Positions 47,358 to 57,877 of a stretch of 58,263 bases of DNA are shown piece by piece. The DNA lies in contig JBFFQB010000004.1 of the NCBI GenBank assembly GCA_041573795.1, positions 1 through 58,263 of the forward strand. The letters are read 5' to 3'. The stretch's first letter is position 1. Every line of letters begins with the position of its first letter. The position numbers and the translations under genes were made by a program. The stretch is from Anaerolineales bacterium. Its GTDB lineage: Bacteria; Chloroflexota; Anaerolineae; Anaerolineales; E44-bin32. The notes below the pieces were generated by a model. It had not been told where the DNA came from. It saw only the letters and a list, made by a program, of their open reading frames with translations, and did not search any database.

Positions 47358-49228
47358 GTGAGCCGGGTACTCGATTAAAACCGACAGTGAGTGAACGCGA
47401 TCATGTCGAAGGATCGCTCGACGCCCCAGTTGTCATTGTTGAATATGGTGACTATGAATGCCCACACTGTCTGCAGGCGCATTCGATTGTGGGAGAGCTA
47501 CAAGAGAGGCTGGGTGATCGCCTGAGCTTCGTCTACCGCCATTTCCCGATCCGCTCAATGCATCCCAATGCCCAACACGCTGCAGAGGCAGCTGAAGCTG
47601 CTGGCGCGCAGGGAAAATTCTGGGACATGCATGACTTGCTCTTTGAAAATCAAGGCGCTCTCGATGATGCCAGTCTGGCTGAGTATGCGGAGCAAATCGG
47701 TCTCGATAAGGTCCTATTTCAGCAAGACCTGGAAAGCGCCCGTTTTAGGGATCGTGTTGAAGAAGATTTTAAAAGCGGTGTGCAAAGTGGCGTGAATGGA
47801 ACACCAACGTTCTATATCAACGGCGAACGTTATGACGGTCCTTGGGACATCGAGTCGCTGGTTGAGGAGGTCGAAAAACCGATTGGCGTCCAGGTACGAA
47901 ACCTCTTTAACCGCTTTACCCGATTGCAAGCCTCTGGTGGCATCCTGCTGGTTATCACAACGCTGATCGCATTGATTCTGGCAAATTCGAATTTTGCCAA
48001 CGCCTATTTTGATCTTTGGAAGACGGATTTGTCGATTACCTTTGGTGAGGTAGGGTTATCCAAGTACCTGCTGAAATGGGTCAACGACGGTTTGATGGTC
48101 TTGTTTTTCTTTGTTGTAGGATTGGAAATTAAACGCGAAATCACCGTAGGGGAACTGAATACACCACGTAAAGCGGCGTTGCCGCTTATGGGGGCCATCG
48201 GTGGTATGGCTTTCCCGGCCTTGCTCTACGTTTTGTTGAACACGGGCAGCATCGGGATAAGGGGTTGGGCGATCCCGATGGCAACCGATATCGCCTTCAT
48301 GCTGGGGTTGCTGGCACTCCTGGGGCGGCGGATTCCACTTTCCTTGCGGGTTTTCTTCACGGCATTGGCCATCGTTGATGATCTGGGCGCGGTATTGGTA
48401 ATCGCTTTGTTCTATACCAGCGACATTCTGTGGAGTGCACTCGGTGTTGCCGGCATCATTATGCTGGTCTTGATCGCCCTGAACTGGGTAGGTGTGCGCA
48501 ATCCGCTGCCCTATACTCTACTGGGCATTGGCCTGTGGCTGGCTTTTGTCCAATCGGGCGTGCACGCTACGATCGCAGGCGTCTTGCTAGCGTTCACGAT
48601 CCCTTCACAAACACGGGTACGCGCCCAGGCGTTTATGGCGCAGTGTATTGCGGTTCTTGGCGGTGTCGAGGGTGAAGATCTCACAATCGGCAGCAGTGAA
48701 GTCGAGATGAGTGACCGCCGTCAGGCGGCAGCCCATGCACTCGAGGCGATCGCAGAACGGATGCAATCTCCGGCTCAGCGTTTAGAGCATAGCCTGACGC
48801 CTTGGGCAACCTATTTGGTGCTGCCGATCTTTGCCCTGGCCAATGCGGGCGTGGTCATCAGCACAGACTTTGGGGCATTGTTCAGCAACCGCATCGCCCT
48901 GGGCATTATATTCGGCCTGGTTTTCGGGAAATCGCTGGGGATCACCTTTTTTACCTGGCTCGCCATAAGGCTTGGGATTGCAGAACTTCCTGCAAGAGTG
49001 GGGTGGTCGCAATTATTCAGCGCGACCTGGCTGGCGGGAATAGGATTCACCATGGCGCTTTTCATAACCAACAGCGCCTTTACCGACCCGGATCAACTCG
49101 CGACTGCAAAACTTGCTATTCTTATCGCATCCTTGATCTCAGGCTTGATCGGTTTTGTATTACTGCTCATAACGAGTCGCGAGCGTGATCATATTACGGA
49201 TTTGGAGGTTGTCGCCGCAGCGGCTTAG
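47354..49228 (+). CDS. nhaA: DsbA/thioredoxin domain fused to Na+/H+ antiporter NhaA
   Basis: EYGDYECPHC...GVNGTPTF, then WVNDGLM, GLEIKRE, ATDIAF, LAIVDDLG, GIGFTM. Confidence 0.93.
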   Translation: MSEPGTRLKPTVSERDHVEGSLDAPVVIVEYGDYECPHCLQAHSIVGELQERLGDRLSFVYRHFPIRSMHPNAQHAAEAAEAAGAQGKFWDMHDLLFENQGALDDASLAEYAEQIGLDKVLFQQDLESARFRDRVEEDFKSGVQSGVNGTPTFYINGERYDGPWDIESLVEEVEKPIGVQVRNLFNRFTRLQASGGILLVITTLIALILANSNFANAYFDLWKTDLSITFGEVGLSKYLLKWVNDGLMVLFFFVVGLEIKREITVGELNTPRKAALPLMGAIGGMAFPALLYVLLNTGSIGIRGWAIPMATDIAFMLGLLALLGRRIPLSLRVFFTALAIVDDLGAVLVIALFYTSDILWSALGVAGIIMLVLIALNWVGVRNPLPYTLLGIGLWLAFVQSGVHATIAGVLLAFTIPSQTRVRAQAFMAQCIAVLGGVEGEDLTIGSSEVEMSDRRQAAAHALEAIAERMQSPAQRLEHSLTPWATYLVLPIFALANAGVVISTDFGALFSNRIALGIIFGLVFGKSLGITFFTWLAIRLGIAELPARVGWSQLFSATWLAGIGFTMALFITNSAFTDPDQLATAKLAILIASLISGLIGFVLLLITSRERDHITDLEVVAAAA

Positions 49229-49245
49229 CGTGCGGCGAAAGATTC

Positions 49246-50289
49246 GTGGAAGTCGCCATTTTTCTGGCAGGATTACTGCTGACCTTCGCGGCACTGCTCT
49301 CAGCGGTGCGGACATTTGTGCTGCCGCGCAGCGCGCCCGATCGACTCACGCGCTCCGTCTTTCGGATCGTACGCATGCTCTTCAATCTGCCGATTAGCCG
49401 CATGCGATCCTTCGAACAACGTGATCGCGTGATGGCGTTTTACGCCCCCTTCAGTCTCTTGTTGCTTCTCCCGACGTGGTTGGCCGTCGTCTTGGTTGGC
49501 TATATGGCCATGTTCTGGGCTTTGGGGGTTCGACCCTGGGTCGAAGCATTCAACGTCAGCGGTTCTTCTCTCCTCACGCTGGGTTTTGCCCGGGGGGAAG
49601 GATTCTGGATCACCATGCTGGAGTTCAGTGAAGCCACACTGGGGTTGATCTTGGTGGCCCTTCTAATCGCGTATTTACCGACGATGTACAACGCATTTTC
49701 AGACCGAGAACACGCGGTTACGCTGCTGGAGGTCCGGGCAGGTTCGCCCCCTTCTGCAGTTGAAATGCTGGCCCGCTTCCAGCGCATCAACATGCTGGAT
49801 GATCTGGCGAGTTTCTGGGAAGCTTGGGAGGCCTGGTTTGCCGCGTTAGTCGAGAGCCATACTTCCCTGGCCGCCCTGGTCTTCTTCCGATCTCCACGCC
49901 CGGAAGCCTCCTGGGTTACAGCCTGCGGCGCAGTGCTTGACGGCGCAGCGTTGAAACGCTCGGTGGTTGCTCTGCGGCGCGATCCCCAGGAAGCCCTATG
50001 CTTACGCGCCGGATTTGTTGCTCTGCGGGCGATCGCTGATTTATTCGGTGTAAAACACAATCAAGACCCCCATTGGCCTGATGATCCCATTAGCATCCAG
50101 CGCGATGACTTCATGGAGGCGTGTAAAGAACTGAAAAAGCACGGGGTGCCTCTGGTCGACGATCTCGATCAAGCCTGGCTAGATTTTGCGGGCTGGCGAG
50201 TGAACTATGAAACGGTTTTACTTGCTCTGGCCGAGATCACCATGGCACCCGCGGCGCCCTGGATCTCCGAATTTATCCAAGAATCCTAG
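49246..50289 (+). CDS. Hypothetical membrane protein (two-TM channel-like domain)
   Basis: Three hydrophobic segments; SGSSLLTLGF pore-like motif; YLPTMYNAFSDRE; FFRSP..SW. Confidence 0.7.
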   Translation: MEVAIFLAGLLLTFAALLSAVRTFVLPRSAPDRLTRSVFRIVRMLFNLPISRMRSFEQRDRVMAFYAPFSLLLLLPTWLAVVLVGYMAMFWALGVRPWVEAFNVSGSSLLTLGFARGEGFWITMLEFSEATLGLILVALLIAYLPTMYNAFSDREHAVTLLEVRAGSPPSAVEMLARFQRINMLDDLASFWEAWEAWFAALVESHTSLAALVFFRSPRPEASWVTACGAVLDGAALKRSVVALRRDPQEALCLRAGFVALRAIADLFGVKHNQDPHWPDDPISIQRDDFMEACKELKKHGVPLVDDLDQAWLDFAGWRVNYETVLLALAEITMAPAAPWISEFIQES

Positions 50290-50322
50290 CGTGAAGGTGT
50301 GAATCCTTTGCTATAATCATTT

Positions 50323-50408
50323 TGCCGCTTGGATCGGGCCCCGACCGAGACGGCAGGATTATTCAATCATGCTGTCCCGCCCCTCTGGCCCGGGCGGGTT
50401 GTTGTTTC
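50323..50408 (+). promoter_or_regulatory. pan RNA motif leader with terminator
   Basis: TGCCGCTTGG...CCGAGACGGCA hairpin with bulged A, then CCCGCCC/GGGCGGG-TTGTTGTTT; TATAAT at 50312; upstream of panB. Confidence 0.7.
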
Positions 50409-50448
50409 CTCGGGCCGTTGGGCATCTCACTCGTTGGAGGAGATAGCC

Positions 50449-51324
50449 ATGTCAAAAACCTCGAAAGAACCATCACGTCAGAAAATCACCACTCGCACGA
50501 TCCGTGAGATGAAGCTGCGTGCTGAGGCGATAACAATGCTCACGGCTTACGACTATGGCACCGCGCTGGCCGTCGACCGGGCCGGGATCGATGCCATTCT
50601 CGTAGGTGATTCGTTGGGGATGGTTGTCCTGGGATATGAAACAACACTGCCGGTGACCATGGAGCACATGCTCCATCACTGCCGAGCCGTTGCGCGCGGG
50701 GCAGCATACGCCCTGCTGATCGGCGATATGCCCTTCATGTCCTATCAGGCCAGTGTTGAAGACGCAGTGCGAAATGCCGGACGCTTTTTACAGGAAGCCA
50801 ATATGGACGCGGTCAAGCTGGAGGGCGGGCACGAGCGGCTTGAGGCAGTGCAGGCAATCACCGCAGCTGGAATCCCCGTGATGGGCCATTTGGGCCTGAC
50901 GCCGCAATCGGTGCATCAGTTTGGCGGCTTTCGGGCTCAAGGCAAGGAGGTCGATGCGGCCAAACGCCTGCTCGATGACGCCCTGCTTCTGGAGCAAGCC
51001 GGTTGTTTCTCGATTGTGCTCGAGTCGATCCCGGCTCGCCTTGGAAAACTGGTCAGCGAGCGATTGACAATACCTACGATCGGAATCGGCGCTGGCCCGG
51101 ATTGCGACGGGCAGGTTCTGGTGACACATGACCTCCTTGGCATGTTCGATCGCTTTACCCCACGCTTCGTCAAACGCTATGCCGAGATCCATAAGGCCAT
51201 GGATAAGGCTCTCGTCAGTTTCCGTGAAGAGGTGACGACCAAGAACTTCCCCACAGCAGAACACAGCGTAGAGATGACTGACGAGAACTGGGAAGCGCTG
51301 GTCAAAAGTCTTGATAATGATTGA
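50449..51324 (+). CDS. panB: 3-methyl-2-oxobutanoate hydroxymethyltransferase
   Basis: LTAYD, LVGDSLGM, DMPFMSY, KLEGG, GHLGLTPQ. Confidence 0.97.
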   Translation: MSKTSKEPSRQKITTRTIREMKLRAEAITMLTAYDYGTALAVDRAGIDAILVGDSLGMVVLGYETTLPVTMEHMLHHCRAVARGAAYALLIGDMPFMSYQASVEDAVRNAGRFLQEANMDAVKLEGGHERLEAVQAITAAGIPVMGHLGLTPQSVHQFGGFRAQGKEVDAAKRLLDDALLLEQAGCFSIVLESIPARLGKLVSERLTIPTIGIGAGPDCDGQVLVTHDLLGMFDRFTPRFVKRYAEIHKAMDKALVSFREEVTTKNFPTAEHSVEMTDENWEALVKSLDND

Positions 51325-51359
51325 GCTCGTGCCTGGAGAAAGCATGCGGGGTTGCTGAC

Positions 51360-52277
51360 ATGCCACTTGATTCTTTGCTGATTGTCGGTAGTGGAGCGAT
51401 GGCGTGCTTGTTCGCCTCGCGCCTCGCGCCGGTCACCGCTGTCACTCTACTGGGTTCATGGGAGGAAGGCCTGGCGGCGATCGAAACGAGAGGCATCCGG
51501 GTCATTGAGTTGGACGGCCATGAAACCGAGGCCAGGGTAGCGGTGACTCGCCAACCAAAGACTATCGGGAGCACAAGAACCGCACTTGTTTTAGTCAAAT
51601 CTTGGCAGACCCAACGTGCCGCTGAACAGGTGCAGGCATGCCTTGCAGAGGATGGATTGGCTCTTACGCTGCAAAATGGTCTGGGGAACCTGGAAGTACT
51701 CCAGGAGATTCTGGGGGAAAGCCGAACCGCAGAGGGTGTGACCACCACGGGGGCGACAATGCTGGGTCCAGGTCATGTTCAACATGGCGGCGACGGACCG
51801 ATAACACTCGGGTCGCACTCCCGTGTTAATGCTCTGGCGGAAACCCTGGCAGCGGCAGGATTTGTTGTGCAGCGTAAGGATGATTTAGATGGCTTGATCT
51901 GGACGAAGCTGGCAGTAAACGCAGCGATCAATCCGCTCACGGCTTTGCTGGAAGTGCGCAATGGGGGCTTGCTAGAGCACAGCGCCGGGCGTGATCTCAT
52001 GACAGCTGCAGCGGTTGAGGTGGGCGCTGTTGCGAAGAAAATGGGAATCCAACTTACCACCGAAGATCCAGCCGCTTTTGCCTTCCAGGTCGCGGAACGC
52101 ACAAGCTCCAACCTCTCCTCAATGCTGCAGGATATTAAACGAGGGGCGCCCACTGAAATCGACGCCATTTGTGGCGCCATTTCTCGGGTTAGCGCTGAGC
52201 TAAACATGGAGACCCCCATCAACTGGGGTTTGTGGAAGCTCGTCCGTGCCAAGGCAGCACTCGTATCTGGAGGGTGA
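51360..52277 (+). CDS. panE: 2-dehydropantoate 2-reductase
   Basis: GSGAM, VKS, LQNGLG, WTKLAVNAAINP, SSMLQD, TEIDAI. Confidence 0.95.
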   Translation: MPLDSLLIVGSGAMACLFASRLAPVTAVTLLGSWEEGLAAIETRGIRVIELDGHETEARVAVTRQPKTIGSTRTALVLVKSWQTQRAAEQVQACLAEDGLALTLQNGLGNLEVLQEILGESRTAEGVTTTGATMLGPGHVQHGGDGPITLGSHSRVNALAETLAAAGFVVQRKDDLDGLIWTKLAVNAAINPLTALLEVRNGGLLEHSAGRDLMTAAAVEVGAVAKKMGIQLTTEDPAAFAFQVAERTSSNLSSMLQDIKRGAPTEIDAICGAISRVSAELNMETPINWGLWKLVRAKAALVSGG

Positions 52278-52279
52278 AG

Positions 52280-53116
52280 ATGAAGGTAGTTGAGCGGTTA
52301 GACGAGTTGCGTGAAGCCCGAGCATCCCTTCCAGATCCCTTTGGGCTGGTACCCACGATGGGCTTCTTGCATGAAGGACATCTATCACTTGTCCGCGCTG
52401 CAAAGCAGGAATGCAACAGTGTCGGTGTCAGCATCTTTGTAAACCCAACCCAATTCAGTCCAAGCGAAGATCTGGCGGCTTACCCGCGCGATCTCGAACG
52501 TGATCTGGCGCTGCTCTCGAAGGAAGGTGTCGATTTGGTATGGACGCCGGATGTCGTCGATCTCTATCCACCAGGCGCACCCACCTGGGTGGAGGTCGAA
52601 AGGCTCACCACATTTCTGGAAGGTGCAAGGCGGCCCAGTCATTTTCGCGGTGTCACGACGGTTGTGCTCAAGCTATTCAACGCCTTCCAGCCAAACAAGG
52701 CTTTCTTTGGGCAAAAGGATGCGCAGCAAGCACGCGTGATTCAAAGGATGACGGAAGACCTGCTCTTACCTGTCGATATCGTCATCTGTCCGATTGTGCG
52801 CGAGCAGGATGGCCTGGCGATGTCAAGCCGAAATACTTATCTGAACAAGGATGAGCGCCAGGCAGCGACGGTTCTCTCCAGAGCGCTCAACGCTGCTGTC
52901 GTTGCTTTTGATAGTGGGGTGCATAAGGCTGATGCACTGCGGGAGAAGATGCTCGAAATACTAGCCTCGGAGCCGCTGGCGGAGGTCGAATATGTTTCGG
53001 CAGCAGATCCGCAGACGTTAGAAGAGTTGGAAGGGCGCGTTTCTCATGCCTTGTTGTCCATGGCGGTATATGTAGGGAAAACGCGCCTGATCGATAACCG
53101 CTTGCTGGGAGCTTAA
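52280..53116 (+). CDS. panC: Pantoate--beta-alanine ligase
   Basis: VPTMGFLHEGH, FVNPTQF, FGQKDAQQ, GLAMSSRN, TRLIDN. Confidence 0.97.
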   Translation: MKVVERLDELREARASLPDPFGLVPTMGFLHEGHLSLVRAAKQECNSVGVSIFVNPTQFSPSEDLAAYPRDLERDLALLSKEGVDLVWTPDVVDLYPPGAPTWVEVERLTTFLEGARRPSHFRGVTTVVLKLFNAFQPNKAFFGQKDAQQARVIQRMTEDLLLPVDIVICPIVREQDGLAMSSRNTYLNKDERQAATVLSRALNAAVVAFDSGVHKADALREKMLEILASEPLAEVEYVSAADPQTLEELEGRVSHALLSMAVYVGKTRLIDNRLLGA

Positions 53117-53184
53117 CCCCACCACGCAATGATTCTGAATGCAAGCTATGGAACTTGCGGATAGACGCTGGAATGTAAGGAGAT

Positions 53185-53964
53185 GTGCTTATGCTGCTGG
53201 CAATTGACATCGGCAATACCAACATCACCCTCGGGCTTTACCGGGAGGAGGAGCTGGTCGATGCTTGGCGCCTGGCGACAGATCACGACCGCATGCCCGA
53301 CGAGTACGGTCTTCAACTCTTAGGCTTGCTCGAACACGCCGCGTGTAAGCGTGAAGACCTGACCGCCGCAGCCCTGGCATCGGTGGTGCCACCGCTCACA
53401 GGAAAATTCCTCGAAGCGTGTGAACACTACTTGAAGATTACGCCCCTCGTGGTCGACGCCGGTGTAAAGACCGGCTTGAAGATCCGTTACGAGGACCCTA
53501 AGTTCGCCCTGGGCGCAGATCGTGTCGTTGATGCAGTGGCGGTGCTGCAACTCTACGGCGGGCCTGCATGCGTCGTTGATTTCGGCACGGCGACGACCTT
53601 CGATGCGATCACAAGCGCGGGGGAGTATCTTGGTGGGGCCATCGCGCCCGGGATCGGGATTGCCGCAGATGCGCTCTATCAGCGGGCGGCAAAATTACCA
53701 CGGGTGGAGATTGGCCGGCCACCTGGCCCCATTGGCCGCAATACCGTGCATGCGATGCAATCAGGACTTCTTTTTGGCTACGTTGGACTGGTGGAAGGTA
53801 TGGTGGCGCGTTTTCGCAAGGAGCTTGGCCAGGATATGAAGGTTATTGGAACCGGTGGATTGGCGGGCTTAATTGCTGCTGAGACAGAGGTGATCGAAAT
53901 CCTGGCCCCTTGGCTCACCCTCGATGGTTTGCGCATACTGTGGAATCTAAATTCAGAAGAATAA
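53185..53964 (+). CDS. coaX: Type III pantothenate kinase
   Basis: IDIGNTN, GADR, VDFGTATT, GGAIAPG, TGG. Confidence 0.96.
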   Translation: MLMLLAIDIGNTNITLGLYREEELVDAWRLATDHDRMPDEYGLQLLGLLEHAACKREDLTAAALASVVPPLTGKFLEACEHYLKITPLVVDAGVKTGLKIRYEDPKFALGADRVVDAVAVLQLYGGPACVVDFGTATTFDAITSAGEYLGGAIAPGIGIAADALYQRAAKLPRVEIGRPPGPIGRNTVHAMQSGLLFGYVGLVEGMVARFRKELGQDMKVIGTGGLAGLIAAETEVIEILAPWLTLDGLRILWNLNSEE

Positions 53965-53988
53965 GACCCACCATTGGTTAGGTTGATT

Positions 53989-54035
53989 TTTGGTCTCCAC
54001 TGGATTTGATCGAGAGGTGGAGACCAAATTCTTTT
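53989..54035 (+). terminator. Terminator after coaX
   Basis: TTTGGTCTCCAC / GTGGAGACCAAA followed by TTCTTTT. Confidence 0.7.
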
Positions 54036-54064
54036 CACAAATTTGATCTTTCCGAGTTATATCA

Positions 54065-54619
54065 TTGATGATTAATCGAAATTTCAACAAAAGCGCCGAT
54101 CAGCGTCCACCCTTCACTGACTTGTTGGAGAAGTACGGTAGAGAGCTATACGCCTATCTTGTGCGTATGCTAGGGAACCAGCAGGATGCTGAAGATTGCC
54201 TTCAGGATACCTACCTGCGGGCTTTGGGAGCCTTTGAGCGTACGTGGTCGGAGTCCAATTACCGGGCCTGGCTTTATAAAATTGCTACGAACGTAGCTCG
54301 AACACACTTACAAAAGCATCAGCGAGACGAGCGTGCTGCAATGGAGGGGGAGCATCAGATCATGGCAGGTCCTCAAGAAGCGCTGTTGCATAAGGAGCAA
54401 GTGCACTTGGTCGTAGCTGCGATGGCACGCTTATCGTTTCGTCAGCGGTCAGCGATCCTCCTGCGCAAATACAATGAACTGACTTATGAAGAAATTGGGC
54501 AAGCGTTAGATTGCACTCCGGAAACGGCCCGGGCACACGTCTACCAGGGGATAAAGAAACTGAAGGAAAAGCTGGGAGACTCTATCTCAGCAAAGGGAAA
54601 AAGCCATGCATCACGATGA
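54065..54619 (+). CDS. ECF RNA polymerase sigma factor
   Basis: Region 2 DAEDCLQDTYL, AWLYKIATN; region 4 LTYEEIGQALDC..ETAR. Confidence 0.93.
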   Translation: MMINRNFNKSADQRPPFTDLLEKYGRELYAYLVRMLGNQQDAEDCLQDTYLRALGAFERTWSESNYRAWLYKIATNVARTHLQKHQRDERAAMEGEHQIMAGPQEALLHKEQVHLVVAAMARLSFRQRSAILLRKYNELTYEEIGQALDCTPETARAHVYQGIKKLKEKLGDSISAKGKSHASR

Positions 54620-55286
54620 AAAACGAAACAGAGCTTGGTTGGATGATGGTGATATGCAGATCGAATCTGATGCCGTTACTGAGCTATTAGATTTGACCTT
54701 TGCGGCTGCCCCAGCTAAAGGGGAGGCTCGGCAGGTCATCGCCAACGTTAAGCAGGCATTGGCTGAGGAGATGGGCGGCGTGCTGTACTACGATGTGATT
54801 TCATCAACGCCCTTCGGACCTATTTACATCGCTGTCAGCAGCGAAGGGCTTGCTGCAGTGGGTTTCGACGATAGTGAACAGGATTTCCTCACGCGCATGC
54901 ATAAGCGTTATCGCGCCTCGCTCGAGCGCTCGCGATCCCAGGTTGCCCAGGTTGCGGAACAACTGAAGGAGTATTTCGCCGGCAGGCGCCTGAGCTTTGA
55001 CATTAAGTTGGATCTAAACAGGCTAAGACCCTTTCAGCGCGCCGTCCTTGAGGGCATTCAACGCGTCCCTGCTGGGGAAACCGTAAGTTATGGTGACTTG
55101 GCCCGGCGCATTGGTAAGCCGGGATCGGCACGTGCTGTGGGACGAGCCCTGGGCAGCAACCCTATACCAATCATCATCCCCTGCCATCGCGCGCTGGCTG
55201 CCGATGGGTCGTTGGGAGGCTACTCCGGGCGAGGCGGAGTTCGGACCAAACAAGCCTTGCTCATCCTGGAGGGTGCCTGGGAATGA
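54606..55286 (+). CDS. ogt: Methylated-DNA--protein-cysteine methyltransferase with an N-terminal extension
   Basis: EYFAG, SYGDLA, ARAVG, NPIPIIIPCHR, LGGY. Confidence 0.93.
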   Translation: MHHDEKRNRAWLDDGDMQIESDAVTELLDLTFAAAPAKGEARQVIANVKQALAEEMGGVLYYDVISSTPFGPIYIAVSSEGLAAVGFDDSEQDFLTRMHKRYRASLERSRSQVAQVAEQLKEYFAGRRLSFDIKLDLNRLRPFQRAVLEGIQRVPAGETVSYGDLARRIGKPGSARAVGRALGSNPIPIIIPCHRALAADGSLGGYSGRGGVRTKQALLILEGAWE

Positions 55287-55996
55287 GTGAGCGTTCTCGG
55301 CATTCTTCCTGGCAAGTGCATCATCGCTCGGTGATCTCCTGCCGCCGTTGCCCACGTCTTGTGGCATGGCGGGAGCAAGTGGCCCATGAGAAACGGCGGG
55401 CGTTTCTCGATTGGGATTATTGGGGTAAGCCCGTACCGGGATTTGGCGATCACCAGGCACGCTTGGTGCTGATTGGCCTTGCGCCAGGCGCCCATGGGTC
55501 CAACCGGACGGGCAGAATGTTCACGGGCGATAGCTCGGGCGATACGCTCTACCCGGCGCTTCATCGCGCCGGGTTTGCAAGCCAAGCGCATGCCACTGAT
55601 AGAAGGGATGGCATGCAACTCATCGATACCTATATCACCGCGCTGGCGCGCTGTGTCCCGCCTGGCAACAAGCCCGTCGCAGAAGAGTTGAATAACTGCC
55701 GACCCTACCTGAGGGAAGAAATGCGGTTTCTGAAGCGCGCAGAAGTCGTGCTGGCGCTGGGGGGCATGGCCTTCAATGGTTACCTGCGTGCGCTGCGCGA
55801 GATGGGTTTTGATCCCCCGCGCCTCAAATTTTCCCATGGCGCCTGGCATCCAATCGATGCTGGATTACCGGTCTTGGCGGCCTGCTATCACCCTAGTCGG
55901 CAGAACACACAGACGGGGCGACTGACAGAGGCTATGCTCGAAGCGGTTTTTAAACGTATTCGGGAACACCTGGATGGTGGTCGAGGTGTGGCTTGA
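55283..55996 (+). CDS. Uracil-DNA glycosylase family 5 (UdgB-like)
   Basis: CRRCPRL, GLAPGAHGSNRTGRMFTGD, RCVPPGNKP, YHPSRQNT. Confidence 0.93.
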   Translation: MSERSRHSSWQVHHRSVISCRRCPRLVAWREQVAHEKRRAFLDWDYWGKPVPGFGDHQARLVLIGLAPGAHGSNRTGRMFTGDSSGDTLYPALHRAGFASQAHATDRRDGMQLIDTYITALARCVPPGNKPVAEELNNCRPYLREEMRFLKRAEVVLALGGMAFNGYLRALREMGFDPPRLKFSHGAWHPIDAGLPVLAACYHPSRQNTQTGRLTEAMLEAVFKRIREHLDGGRGVA

Positions 55997-56175
55997 GTCA
56001 GATGATGGGCAGCGGGTCCGGACAAATTACGGCTCGCGGTCTGACCAACCTGTTCATTGTTTACTTTGTATGGGGTAGCACCTACCTGGCGATCCGGGTC
56101 GCCGTGCGCCCCGGCGCTGGCATTCCACCGTTCACTCTCGGGATGGGGCGCACGTTGTTCGCAGGTGCGGAATAA
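55993..56175 (+). pseudogene. Truncated EamA/YedA-type DMT transporter
   Basis: VYFVWGSTYLAIRV...PPF; stops after 60 aa; I found no continuation downstream. Confidence 0.75.
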
Positions 56176-56205
56176 ATAGGTGTTAGCGTTACCTTGAACA
56201 CGAGC

Positions 56206-56229
56206 AAGCCGTGGATCGTCCACGGCTTG
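56206..56229. terminator. Hairpin between convergent units
   Basis: AAGCCGTGGA-TCG-TCCACGGCTT. Confidence 0.65.
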
Positions 56230-56332
56230 TTGATTTAATCGGCCGCAAGCATATCAGAAGCTGTTAGATGCGAGCTATGCGGTCACTTCTACAAGCATTC
56301 AAGTACCAAAGGGGGAGAGAGCGGTAAATGAC

Positions 56333-57724
<1,392 letters not shown>

Positions 57725-57877
57725 TCCTATCCTCCTCGTGATGAACTCTTGGGATTTGTGGGGCAAGTCACGTTCGTGCAGGGCTAGTTAAGGATTCGCC
57801 ATTTCAACACTATCAACACTCTTGGGCTGCTAAAGATATGCCCGCGGTTATGGTCGGCCTTGATGTAGAATGAAGCG

